A stretch of 64,000 bases of DNA, taken from Azolla caroliniana. Its lineage: Eukaryota > Plantae > Polypodiophyta. The position numbers were made by a program, and so were the translations under genes. Positions 1 to 11,473 of the stretch are shown here, one piece after another. Positions within the stretch are counted from its first letter, which is position 1, and the number at the start of each line of letters is the position of its first letter. The stretch is taken from contig JBHGNT010000001.1 in NCBI GenBank assembly GCA_043228905.1, positions 35,588,001 through 35,652,000 on the forward strand, read 5' to 3'. A model generated the notes under the pieces. That model searched no databases and was not told where the DNA came from. It saw nothing but the letters and a program-made list of their open reading frames with translations.

Positions 1-91
1 ATCCATCTCTTGGACATGAATATGTCTCTATGCATTCATCATTCGTTATTTGAGATTGATAAATTTAAATTTAGACATTTTTACTGAATAG

Positions 92-1764
92 GTTCGTGAT
101 CGGGCCACTCTCTACTTGACTGCTCTTGGAGAAGGTAGTCATGGAGAAAACATTGAGGATTTTGTGTTTGGAACATTGGATATTCCTTTGTCAAACTTGG
201 AGAATAGTTTACAAGCTTATGTAAGCATCTATCAAGTTCTCCTGTAGATATATTTTATCAGTATGTTTCTCCTTAATTTATGGTGATTCTAACAGGAGCC
301 TTCTGAAGTACCATTTGATTTATCGAGGGTGCCAAGGGATGTAAAATCTCAGGCATTTACAGAAAAGAAGGCACCAGGTCCAAGGAAACCTGCAAAAGAT
401 TCAACTTTGCCTTCTGCTGCTGTTAATGAGCCAGCAACGAGATCAGATGATGGATATGAGAAGCTGTTGAGCTCTGTCCCAGAATTTTCAGGATTTGGAA
501 AACTTTTCAAGGTCTGCTTTACATATCAGCTCTCTTAGAAACATTGTCTAAAGATCTGCATATATCCAGGAGGCCGTGTTTTATATTTCACTTTCATCAT
601 TAAAAATTGCAGTCATCGTCTCCCGTGGAGCTTACAGAGGAGACAGAGTATGAAGTAAATGTGGTCAAGCATATTTATCCTGCACATATTGTGCTGCAAT
701 TCAACTGCACAAATACAATCCCAGAACAACTTCTTGAGAATGTACATATCTGTTGCTTGAATTACTTGGTCTTGAGTTTTCATCATGTTCTCTGCCAATA
801 CTTACAGTTTTGGAGACATTGGTTTTCAGGTTAGCATTCTTGTTGATGTTATAGAGGGAGATGATTTCAAAGAAGTGACATCTAAGGTTCTCCCATCATT
901 GCCATACAATTCACCTGGTCAGGCTTTTGTAGCATTTGAAAAGCCAGATGGCATCTTTTTATCTGGGAAGTTCGCCAATACTATGCGGTTCATAGTAAAG
1001 GAGGTGAATAGTAGCTTTGGTGCTGCGTACATTTGAACACATGTTCTATTAGGAACTGACTAAATTTTACAACATTGCAGGTGGATAAGGACACAGGAGA
1101 TGTTGAGGAAGAAGGAATGGATGATGAATACCAGTTGGAAGAACTTGAGGTAATGAAAACATTCATAATGAGTATGTTGAAGTATTTAAACATTTATATA
1201 CATGAACTATCTAATGTTTGTACTTCTGGATTTTCTCTTCAGATTACACCAGCAGATTACTTTTCGAAGAAAGCTGTAACAAACTTCAAAAATGGATGGG
1301 AATCTCTTGGATCCGAGTTTGAACGAGTGGATGAGTATGATCTTGGTGCAAAGGAGAGTTTGAATGAAGCAGTACAGGCTGTCATTAATATTTTTGGTTT
1401 GCAACCATGCGAGGTAATGTGTTGTGATGCCGGGTAGCAGATATTAGCCTGTAGTTCTTGTTTTCGATTAGCAGATATTAGCCTGAAGTTCTTGTTTTCG
1501 ATTAGCAGATATTAGCCTGTAGTTCTTGTTTTTGACACTGATTCGTCTTTTATATACTTCATATTATAGGGTACAGAGCTCGTTACTGCAAATGCGAGAT
1601 CACATACCTGCCTGTTGGCAGGCCAATTTATTGGTGATGTGAATGTCTTAGTCCGGTTATCATTCGGCATCGATTCCCAGAAACAGGTTGCCATGAAGCT
1701 TGCAGTTAGATCTGAAGATCAGTATGTTAGTGATGCCATCCATGAGATTATTGCCAATGCATAA
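92..1764 (+). CDS. COPG: Coatomer subunit gamma (gamma-COP), 3' portion; 5' exons lie before the window
   Basis: GT-AG exons 92-220, 296-511, 613-741, 830-1003, 1081-1149, 1243-1413 and 1570-1764 (TAA) splice in frame. The product reads VRDRATLYL...[20 protein letters not shown]...[14 protein letters not shown]...DEYQLEELE...GLQPCEGTE...[23 protein letters not shown], the gamma-COP appendage/platform C-terminus. Confidence 0.95.
1435..1536. repeat. 34-bp tandem repeat x3 in the last COPG intron
   Basis: TAGCAGATATTAGCCTG(T/A)AGTTCTTGTTTT(C/T)GA at 1435, 1469 and 1503. Confidence 0.9.
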
Positions 1765-3036
1765 CTGCCTGCATGTAGTAGCCTAAATGGATTAGTTATT
1801 TCCATACATGTTATCACGAGGCTTCTAATTTGAAGCACAAATAAAGTTTTCTTTCTAGTGACCAGCTTGAGTTTGTAATATGTTCAAACCAATATTCGAA
1901 AGGTTTGATGTGATCTTGTGATTATATTTTTGCAATCTTAGTTACTCTTTCAGAAACAAGGATTTAAATTAAATGAGAAATTGTCCTTCAGAATGTTTAG
2001 TGTGATCTGTTTTTCAGGATATATATGTGAACATGTCTCAGTATGTTAAATTAACGTGCATCGTATGTCTGAACCAAAGCACTACACCCAGTAATGAACA
2101 TATATTGTGAGCTAGCGATATATCATATATTGTGAGCTATTGAACATAGGCATGGATACTGTATCTATCACTCCAGCCTATGGTAATCATATCTAGCTTA
2201 TGTTAGGTCATGCCTAACTACAAAGCCTAGTTTCTTAATTATAATCTTCTATGTATAGTGTGTCATAAAAAAGACTGACTACAAGTGTGATGAAAAAGGT
2301 TAGTTCTCATTAGTAGCCTTCAATGTATGATTTATTAAAAATTAAATCACTCAGTAACTGATATCTAATGAACAGCAGTATAACCAGAAGTGTCCACAAT
2401 AGTGATGGTGAAAAATTAAAGAATTGGTAAGAACCACTTGGGATAAGCTTTTTGTAACTTCTAATTGTCAAAACTTCTAAGCTTTGTAATGTTTTTGTAT
2501 TGCTTTTTTGTGGTTCATGTAAATTAACCATTTTCACTTATTTTTAATGGCTGTAACTTCGATGATGTTTTGAAGGTTTGTGATGTTTTTTAATTTATAG
2601 TGCACAAGGTTCGATGATTGATGGGAGAGCAGTAGTAACTTAATAATCGAGAGATTTGTCTGCTCAAGTCATATATGACCAATGAGCAATTAATTAACAG
2701 AACAGCATTATCAAATTCACAATTCCTAACCTGCATGACACAACACAAATATTGCTCAAAGGTGCTGATCAAGTTCTTGAAAAATAAGGCTCATTAGATT
2801 TTAATCCTCGTCCAATGATAGAAAAAAACAGAGAAAAACTCTGTGACTTTCAAACAGTGGTTAGTCATTCGTGCATTGAATTTTGTCAAATTCTTGTACA
2901 ATGATGATTCTACCTTAGGTGTGGAGAACCTGGGGTACAACAGTACGTACATTGCACCTAAGGATTTATAACCTGTACAAGACCATGTACCACGTCCATC
3001 AAAAAAAGCCTGGAGACAACTCACGTTCGATATTCA

Positions 3037-5193
3037 TTAATAAGGAATGGAAGCAGGATCAAGCTCCCAACAACCCTCCAAAAGTATGGGGACTTCACCA
3101 GCAGCAAGCTGGTGTGCAGGGATGCTATGTGAACACAACTGCATCATCTCTTCAGGGAGAACCCAATGTGCCAGCCCAAACTGACGCTGAAAGATAGACT
3201 TATATCCTTCCACTTTCGCCAGTACAGCGACCTGCACGCCACTCTCACCTGAATAATCCGTAACCACCTCGACAAGATCATAACCATGCTTTCCATCCTT
3301 TTTTTTCAGGGGTGTTTTACATTCCTTGTACAAAGCCCAAACTTCACCTTTCCTTGGATATATCTTAAAGGTTTCACTCTGCCCCTTTTCGAATGCCACC
3401 ATATGAGAAAACATATTGATCGACAGTGAAGTCATCATCTCTCCTAATTTAAATTCTCCACAAGTGTATGAGGAGCTAGCCTTCAAACCTGGTAATACAT
3501 TACCATTCAAGCTGCTTTGAGCTTCTAGCCAAGCATAATTTATCTTAAAAGGATGTCGTGAAATGACTTTTTGTACACAAGCATAATATCGGGGGAAACA
3601 TTCATCACCATCATCATAGCAAGCCCAGATTTGGCCAGCTGAGAAATGTCGCTCAGTTCGATCTTTGTCAAACACATAAAATTCTGAATCTGGAACATTC
3701 AAATGATTAGAGGTTCCCATCACTGATGTCGGCGTTGCCTTACCCACTTGAGAATCAGTCACATCACCAGCCTTTGACACACACTCAGGACATGTCATAA
3801 ACACATCAACATCAGGCTTGTTATCCTTCGAAGCAGTAGTTTGGCATTCCGCAGTTCTTCCCAGTACATGTGCATTGTTCACAGGTAGAGATTCAGCCAT
3901 CTCTTTGGGACCTCCTTCACTTGTTGAACCCTCATCGCTTAATCTCGATTTCTTCGCAGGTGAAGCTGCAGCCTGCTGCAAATCACAATGAGTAGAAGAT
4001 CCAAAACTTGGACTTGATGTATGCTGAAAATGATGATGACTTCTTTTCTTGACACTGGGTGTGCTTTCAGAAACTTCCACTTTCCCATTCGAAGAAGCAG
4101 CACTATTAGGCACACAATTCTCAGCAATTGACCCTCTCATTGTTCGAGACCTCTTCTGCCCATGAATTGTATCACTTTCAGCTGCTGTGCGCTTGCTTGT
4201 AGCCTTAACTGAAGATAAGTTTTGTTCTATAACCTCTTTCGACTTGGCAACAAATTGGCTGATGGCTTCTTGTGTATGTGCTTTCACATTTGCTTTCAGC
4301 TGCACTTTGGTTCTTTTCATCTCCTCTTTTCTAGTCATGGAAGGTGGTTGATGGACTTCAATATTCTCCTTTCTTCCTTCAACCTTCACTTGAGATGATG
4401 AATTCAAATCTCCAAAACCAGGAACAGCACATCTGGATGACGGACGTATCTTGGCACATCCATTGACATTGTTGGCGCCCTTCTGTTCCTGCAAGGGCCA
4501 AACAGTTGTTCCATTGACTGCGACTATCTCCTGTGCAACAAAAGGCTTGTAGCAAATGGGGCAACATAGGTTCTTGTTCTTGTACACTGACAGATACTCA
4601 AACTGAAGCTTACAAAGTGGACAAGCAGTCCAGAAGGTGGCAGGCAGGGGATTCTGAGATGTGGGTGCATGCACATGAGGTTTATGATCATGGCGAGGAA
4701 GATTTTGATTCTTGGTTGTAACATTAACAGGTGGTGGAGGTGGTGGTGGTGGTGGTTGAGGTGAGGGGGGTTTTGCAGGTTTTGTGATACCCATGGAGCT
4801 CCTCTTCATGTCATACGCCATCTTCTTGTTCTTGTCAGATAGAACAGACCAGGCCTCAGAAATGAGCTTGAAGGCAGAATCAGCTCCCACGGACTTGTTC
4901 TTGTCCGGATGCAACATAAGGGCGAGCTTTCGGTACTGTTTGCGGAGGAGGGCATCATCAGCCGACGGTTCAGACTGCAAGATGCCATACCAGTCCATGT
5001 GTCCTGATGAGTTTTGTGTCGCAGCATGGATGTGAACATCCAATACCGAGACTAGTTGCTCCACTCCCTCCAGCTGTGGGAAGAGACGGCGTGCTTTTAA
5101 GGCAAACTTGTGAGCACCATTGTAATCCTTCTGCATAAACCTCTTCTCTGCAATCTCCTTGGACCGCTGAGCTTCATCCCGGTTGCAGTCCAT
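3037..5193 (-). CDS. DnaJ (J-domain) protein with CxxC-CxxC zinc ribbon and C-terminal DUF3444, 718 aa, intronless CDS
   Basis: Family-typical start MDCNRDEAQRSKEIAEKRF at 5193. J domain WYGIL...YRKLALMLHPDKNK. Zinc ribbon FWTACPLC...CPIC. DUF3444 motifs VPDSEFYVFDKDR..F..GQIWACYDD..PRYYA, IYPRKGEVWALY and WELDPAS. A probable 5'UTR intron runs from a donor near 5737 to the acceptor TTTTAAATGCAG near 5280. Confidence 0.92.
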   Translation of the reverse strand: MDCNRDEAQRSKEIAEKRFMQKDYNGAHKFALKARRLFPQLEGVEQLVSVLDVHIHAATQNSSGHMDWYGILQSEPSADDALLRKQYRKLALMLHPDKNKSVGADSAFKLISEAWSVLSDKNKKMAYDMKRSSMGITKPAKPPSPQPPPPPPPPPVNVTTKNQNLPRHDHKPHVHAPTSQNPLPATFWTACPLCKLQFEYLSVYKNKNLCCPICYKPFVAQEIVAVNGTTVWPLQEQKGANNVNGCAKIRPSSRCAVPGFGDLNSSSQVKVEGRKENIEVHQPPSMTRKEEMKRTKVQLKANVKAHTQEAISQFVAKSKEVIEQNLSSVKATSKRTAAESDTIHGQKRSRTMRGSIAENCVPNSAASSNGKVEVSESTPSVKKRSHHHFQHTSSPSFGSSTHCDLQQAAASPAKKSRLSDEGSTSEGGPKEMAESLPVNNAHVLGRTAECQTTASKDNKPDVDVFMTCPECVSKAGDVTDSQVGKATPTSVMGTSNHLNVPDSEFYVFDKDRTERHFSAGQIWACYDDGDECFPRYYACVQKVISRHPFKINYAWLEAQSSLNGNVLPGLKASSSYTCGEFKLGEMMTSLSINMFSHMVAFEKGQSETFKIYPRKGEVWALYKECKTPLKKKDGKHGYDLVEVVTDYSGESGVQVAVLAKVEGYKSIFQRQFGLAHWVLPEEMMQLCSHSIPAHQLAAGEVPILLEGCWELDPASIPY

Positions 5194-6879
5194 TCCACCT
5201 AGTCGTTTTCTTCCCCTCTCTATCTCTGTCTCTGTCTCTGTCTCACACACACATAAAATCTCGATACCGACCCTGCCTCTGCATTTAAAAGAGAGGCGAG
5301 GAGCTTCTTTTTTCTTAATGCATGCATGCACTGGTTGGTTTGAAGGGGGCTGATGCAAACATGCACGCATAACATAAACATATACAACATAGACATACTG
5401 GGAACACAAACTACTGATAAATAACAACGAAGAAGAAGAAGAAGAAGAAGAAGAAGAGAAAGCTATATACCTTTTGATAAGCGAGATAGAAGATGCAGAG
5501 AGGATATCCCGCCTCCCTTTTTCACGTAGACTGCGAGTCGATCAAGAATCAGAGATGAGCAGCAGCCGGCGGACGTCGAGGAATAGCCGGATGCAGGGGC
5601 GGGGGCGGAGGCGGAGGCGCCATACGAAATAAACACACACTACCTTCGTTCCCTCTCTCTCTCTCTCTCTGTCTGCATCTTCGTGTGAACAAACCCCAAA
5701 ACACTCAGGAAATCACGGATCGAAGAAGAAATCCTTACCCGACCACACCACATGGACATGGACATGGACATGGGCGGCAGAGCACTCAGGGTTCAAATCC
5801 ATTTCCCTCTCTCTCTCTCTCTCTCCCAATTAACTGAAAACATAAGAGCGAAAAGATTCACTCGTCCCACACCCTCTTCTTCTTCTTCTTCGTCTTTGTG
5901 TGGAAAGTTGCCTAATCGAGCTTGCTTGAAGTTTCATTCATTCATCTATGGTTCAAATCACACATCTTCGAAAAAGCGTTTAGATGTCATAACAAATTCC
6001 ATTCGTATCACATAACCTCCACCAGTGTCTGCAGCTAGATCCCCCCCCCCCCCCCCCCCCCACAATAACCGAGATGGCCAATGGTGAACTCCTTCCTACT
6101 CCCCTTAATGCCGACATGGTTGTTCAACTCGTCGACCAACACACCAAACTTTGTAGGGAAAGGTTGGCAAGTTAACAATCAAGGTACATTGTGGGTTGCT
6201 TGGCCATTGACGGGTTGGACGTGATGTAGGATTGGCTCTCATTGAGGATGGTGAATAGAGAATTGTTCATTCACGTGTGTGCCATGCTTTCAGAAATAGG
6301 GGCAACGTGAACACTAAGTGGAGCCTCCTCAAGTTTGTATTAGTAAATGATCAACCACTAATGCACAGTGTCACTAACTTCCCCAAAGAACAAGTAATTT
6401 TTTTTTTGAAAGATACGCAAGAAATATATGAAAGATCAATGAGACACTTGAGGCATGATCAAGAGTATACTAGTTCAAAGGCAAACAAGAACAAAAGAAA
6501 TATGTGTATAAGGCTCAATACAAGTGTGTTGAAATATAATGTTTTGATTAATAATGCCCATCCAACAATAGTGAGGCATCTCTTGACATAGGTCTTGACT
6601 TATCGACGAACAATTAGGATCATGAGTCATTTCGCTAAAAAATGATGAGATAACATCAAGTGTTGCACATGTATGTAGGTTTTAGCGTGTCAAAAACCTT
6701 TCGGAAACAACTACAGAAAGTAACAATGTATAACAGGATAAATTCAGGAAGTATTTGTAGCACACATAACAAAGGTGTATGTCTTGCTATCATAAAGTTG
6801 TGAGTTTGATGAAAGCTTCATGCAACAACCTTTCACCATTGATGACAATTTGAATAGTTCTAATGGATATATGTAACTT

Positions 6880-7320
6880 TATCTTGAGCACTGATAAGGC
6901 CAAAGGGCATGGCAATGTACTCAAAGAGTTTGGAAGGTTGTCTTCCACTCGTCACCTTCTTTGATGCAAATAAGATTTTGTTATGTACCACAAAAATCAA
7001 TTTCTGTGAAGTATCACATGTCTTCAAGCCATTCAAAATTTTCATGAATTAAAGCAAGAGGATACCAATTGCGCAATTTTGCCTTATTTAGACTAGGATA
7101 ATCCACATCAAGGTATGTGGCCATCCTTCTTGGGTACAAAGTAGGTAGGGGATCTAAAAGGTGATTAAGAAACTTGAATAAATCTGTTGGCAAGTTTCTC
7201 CTTAATGTTCAGAAGGCTTCCAACTTTGTTAGGGACAAACCATAGATCAATTGGAGATATCACAAATCCTCAAATGGAGCTCAATGGCATAATCATGTGG
7301 ATGTTGCTTAGGAAGCCTGA
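6880..7320 (-). mobile_element. Degenerate Ty3/Gypsy pol fragment (RT N-terminal half)
   Basis: The minus strand, read across stops and frameshifts, gives LPKQHPHDYAIEL, SPTYFVPKKDG, VDYPSLNK..RNWYPL, FTEID, NLICIKEGDEWKTTF and LFEYIAMPFGL. These are canonical Gypsy RT motifs. Confidence 0.85.
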
Positions 7321-7825
7321 GGATGTAGAGTATCAATTGTAAGTTGCAAAATTTCAGGAACCATTCGAGAGATATTGTCTATATGCACGAGGCTAGAGGG
7401 TATCTTAGATTCTGTGATCATCCAAAAACCATAAACAACTTGCCATCCCCACCCATAAAGAGGTGTCGCAGGACGCTTCCCATCCTTCTACCACAGATCC
7501 CTTACTAATTCTCATTGCCAAGAATGGGAGGCCTTTCGCACACATCGAACATGCAACTAACTGGGTAGATGTCATGAGCTACCATTGATAGTTGCCACAA
7601 CCCCACCCAAAAGGCGTATTTGTGCTACAATGGAGGTGGTTATATCAAGCACATTGAAACAAGGCTGCCAAAACCTTATCAGTAGTGGGGGAACAAATAG
7701 GCCATGTGATCACCATGGATGCCTGAATTGGATGAGTGCCATTGGATGTCCTATGAATGTGAAGCATAGCAGAAGATACATGTTACTCCAGGAAGAACTG
7801 GTTGGATCACAAGAGTGAAAGTTCA

Positions 7826-9865
7826 TCACATGCTCCATGAGCAGTTATTGGTTTCCGCTGCATACAGATTCCTCATGCAGACATACGCTGCTGTGTGATT
7901 CTCATTCAATTGTATTGCATGTCCAAATGCCACTTCTCCAACCTCAATATCTCCTATTTTCTGACAAGAGCTCAGGAGAGTAGTCCAGATGGGAGGAAAA
8001 TCGAAGGTCGGCATCATCTTGATTATTGCAGCTGCCTCTTCTAAATGACCTGCACGCCCGAAAAGATCGACCATACATGTGTGATGTTCAGATGTCGGGA
8101 CAATTCCAAAGCCTGAACTTATCATCTTAAAGCACATTTTGCCTTTATCAAGGAGACCAGAGTGACTACATGCATTGAGGATAAGAGTAAACGTGACCAC
8201 ATCTGGCTGTATGTGTTCTGAAATCATTTTATCAAATAAACCAATGACAACATCATCCTTGCCAAGTTGGGCATATCCATTGATTAGTGCGTTCCAAGAA
8301 AATGCATCCCGCACTGGAAGTTTGTCAAAAACTTGCTGAGCTTTTGCAGGAGCACCACATTTTGCATACATATCCACTAAAGCATTACCCACCAAAACAT
8401 TATCTTTCAAAATCTCGTTTCTAACAAGCATAGAATGTATTTCTTTACCCCTGCTACCTGCACCTATACTGCCACAAGCTTTCAATATGCAAACGAAGGT
8501 AACTGCATTTGGCAGGAATCCCTCATTCTGCATTTGCTCGAAACAATTCATGGCTTCGTGACCATGTTCATGTTGGGCATATCCAGCAATTAAGGACGTC
8601 CACGACACAACACTGTGAGCTGGAAGACTATCAAACACATCATGAGCTCTCGAAGGCATGTTGCACTTGGCATACATGTCCACTAATGCGTTACCGACCA
8701 GAATATTCTTGTCCAGCAACCCCTCTCGGAGAATTTCAGCATGTACCTCTTTGCCTTTGCTAACTGCTCCTATGCTTCCACAAGCTTTCAAGATAGAAAC
8801 AAATGTGACAGCATTTGGAGAGAGAGCTTCTCGTTGCATCCATCTAACACAGCTCAATGCCTCTTCATTGTGACCATGTTGAACATATCCAGCAATTAGT
8901 GCACTCCAAGAGACCACATTTCGGGCTCGAAGGTGGTCAAAAACCTCCTGTGCCTTTGCAAGTGTGCCACATTTAGCATACATGTCTACCAACGTGGTGC
9001 CAAACAAAATATCTTTTTCTAACAAACCCTCCCTCACAACCTCAGCATGTATTTCCTTACCCTTATCAAATGCTCCTATACTCCCACAGGCTTGCAAGCT
9101 GCAAATAAATGTTACTTCATCCGGAGAAATGCCCTCCTGTTGCATTTGCTCAAAACAATGCAATGCTTCCTCACCATTGCCACATTGAGTATATCCAGAA
9201 ATCAGTGCATTCCAAGAGACTACAGTCCGGCATGGAAGTTGCTCAAATACTTGCCGAGCTTTAACAACTGCGCTGCACTTTGCATACATGTCAACCAACG
9301 TGTTCCCAACCAGAATGTTAGTTTCCAGCAAACCCTTCTGAACTACCGTATTGTGTATCTCCTTGCCCATAGTAGCTCTTCCGATGCTGCCGCACGCTTT
9401 TAAGATGCAGACATATGTGACTGCATTGGGAGAGACTCCATGATGTTGCATCCTTTGGAAACACGTGAGAGCTTGTTTGCAGCTATGCTCATGTTGTGCA
9501 TATCCCGCAATCAAGGCATTCCAAGACACAACATTCCTGACTGGAAGGCACTCAAAAACTTGCTGTGCCCTTGAGAGCGCGCCACATTTTGCATACAGAC
9601 TAACTAAGGTATTCCCCAAGTACCGATCCTTCTCCAGTAAACCCTTTTTCACAATATTGGCATGAATTATGCTGCCTTGATGTAGATCCTTTTCCTTCAC
9701 ACAAGCCTTGAGTAATGCAATTTCACATATCGAATTCGATGGTAGGGCTATGGGTTTGGCTTCTTCTTCTCGTCTGTGCACCTCCTCTCCCTTCCAGCAG
9801 CTGCTCTCATGGCGGATCTTCTTCCATGCTTTTCTTGCCCTACCTCCAATGTTAGTTGTGTTCAT
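7826..9865 (-). CDS. PLS-class pentatricopeptide repeat protein ending in E1/partial E2, no DYW (probable organellar RNA-editing factor)
   Basis: Intronless 679-aa ORF with repeated P-L-S triplets (VVSWNALIAGY / PNAVTFVCILKACGSIG / LVGNALVDMYAKC). It ends ACSHSGL...HHTCMVDLFGRAGHL...IWTTLLSSC...AAYVCMRNLYA and then stops. Confidence 0.93.
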   Translation of the reverse strand: MNTTNIGGRARKAWKKIRHESSCWKGEEVHRREEEAKPIALPSNSICEIALLKACVKEKDLHQGSIIHANIVKKGLLEKDRYLGNTLVSLYAKCGALSRAQQVFECLPVRNVVSWNALIAGYAQHEHSCKQALTCFQRMQHHGVSPNAVTYVCILKACGSIGRATMGKEIHNTVVQKGLLETNILVGNTLVDMYAKCSAVVKARQVFEQLPCRTVVSWNALISGYTQCGNGEEALHCFEQMQQEGISPDEVTFICSLQACGSIGAFDKGKEIHAEVVREGLLEKDILFGTTLVDMYAKCGTLAKAQEVFDHLRARNVVSWSALIAGYVQHGHNEEALSCVRWMQREALSPNAVTFVSILKACGSIGAVSKGKEVHAEILREGLLDKNILVGNALVDMYAKCNMPSRAHDVFDSLPAHSVVSWTSLIAGYAQHEHGHEAMNCFEQMQNEGFLPNAVTFVCILKACGSIGAGSRGKEIHSMLVRNEILKDNVLVGNALVDMYAKCGAPAKAQQVFDKLPVRDAFSWNALINGYAQLGKDDVVIGLFDKMISEHIQPDVVTFTLILNACSHSGLLDKGKMCFKMISSGFGIVPTSEHHTCMVDLFGRAGHLEEAAAIIKMMPTFDFPPIWTTLLSSCQKIGDIEVGEVAFGHAIQLNENHTAAYVCMRNLYAAETNNCSWSM

Positions 9866-10745
9866 GTATGATCAGTTGCGAGGACAGGATTATTGAAGTC
9901 GCAGCTACAGCAGAACACGTGAGCATCGGCACAGCCATGGCCAAGGTTGGCGTCTATCATCAATCATCCCTCCGTCCAGCATCAATCGCCCACCAAACAT
10001 TCCTCCCTGTCCAACTCATAAATTCAGTTCCCCAATGATCTTTCACCACCATATTCGCCCCAATGATACATGTTCCCCCTATGGGTATTCTGACAGATCA
10101 TGAGAAGTCCCCATCAATCTATGGATAACTTGGTTGTTGGCGATGCAAGTCTTTAACTAGGAATCCATAACATCTCTATTTCCTTCTTCCTCATCTTGCT
10201 CGAGGATCTACTCTATTCCAATTGCACCAGTATCTACTCATCTTTGGAAGCAGGGCTGAGGCATGATTTGGAGAAGCTAGATAATCAAAATGAGTAGTCA
10301 TTCATTGTCCTTTAGCAAGCATTATGTGAGATATAGAATGACATATGATGCTATCAAATTGCATCAAAATAGAAGAAATGTTGAGCAATATATGTGGCAC
10401 AAACTCCAGTGATAAAGGCCAAAAATCCATATTCAGCTTGTAAAAAGATGGGGTTTTTTGAACCTAGTGTTGTTGAGATTGCTAGAGCTACACAAGTGTT
10501 CAATAGTTTTCTAGTTAATTATGTTGCAATTTTCTTTTCATAGTGGACTATTTTGTATATTGCCTTGGGCCACTTTATGTTAATACCAATGGAGGATATT
10601 TTTATGGAAAAAAAAAGTATTTTGAAACTAGTTTAGCTTTTCGAAAAAGAAAACTCAATGATGATGATGTCGAGCCTGTGAACTTTAAAGGTTATACAAA
10701 TCATAAGACGAACAAGATAACCACTGGAATGTGTTGAAATGCCCG

Positions 10746-10962
10746 TTTTTCATTAAGGAAAATAACGATGCCATACTTTATCCAGGTATGTTAAAATTCT
10801 TACCACCAATTAGTATAACTATACTGGTCAATCACAAGTATCCTAAGCAAATGTCTATTTTTCATTAAGGAAAATAACTATGCCATAATTACCCAGATGT
10901 GTTAAAATTCCCAATTCTCACCAAGTATAATAACTACGTCGACAAATCACAGGTGCCCTAAG
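10746..10962. repeat. Diverged tandem duplication, ~112-bp unit x2
   Basis: TTTTTCATTAAGGAAAATAAC.ATGCCATA...GTTAAAATTC...ATCACA.GT..CCTAAG occurs twice. Confidence 0.75.
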
Positions 10963-11473
10963 AACTATACCACGTAATGGCCACCATGCCCTTAGTCCAT
11001 CTCCTTCAATAGAAAATGCATAAACACTTGCCAATGAATCGCATTGCATAATTTGGTTTTGAAATCATAAGATATAATGCATGTGAAACCCCATCAATGA
11101 GATACACCTTTTAATTATATATGATGTAAGTTCAGAGAAAAGGCATGCCAAACTTTTCAAAATTTTAATAAATATAGAAAGTTTATATATGGAGTCCCTT
11201 AACCGTTTACCACATCCATGATTGTGGATGGGGTAATACATTATACATTAAATAGGAACACAAGGAAGCCAAGGCTAATCACATCCGTATTACTAATTTC
11301 CATGACCAAAGAAAGATGCATAGTATGATCATATCACCAGCATCAATAGATTCAGAAATAGATGCCGTTTAACATCTATAACACATCTGTGTATTGCATG
11401 TCTTTAGTATAGCTTGGCATTTCAAAACCTGGAGGTTTAAAGAATCGCAACAAATCGAATTTCGTGTGATGCC

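Noticed and set aside
5194-5427. 78-aa N-terminal extension of the DnaJ ORF in the track
   Set aside because: It starts at a non-ATG codon and runs through microsatellite and probable 5'UTR-intron sequence. The family-typical start is MDCNRDEA at 5193.
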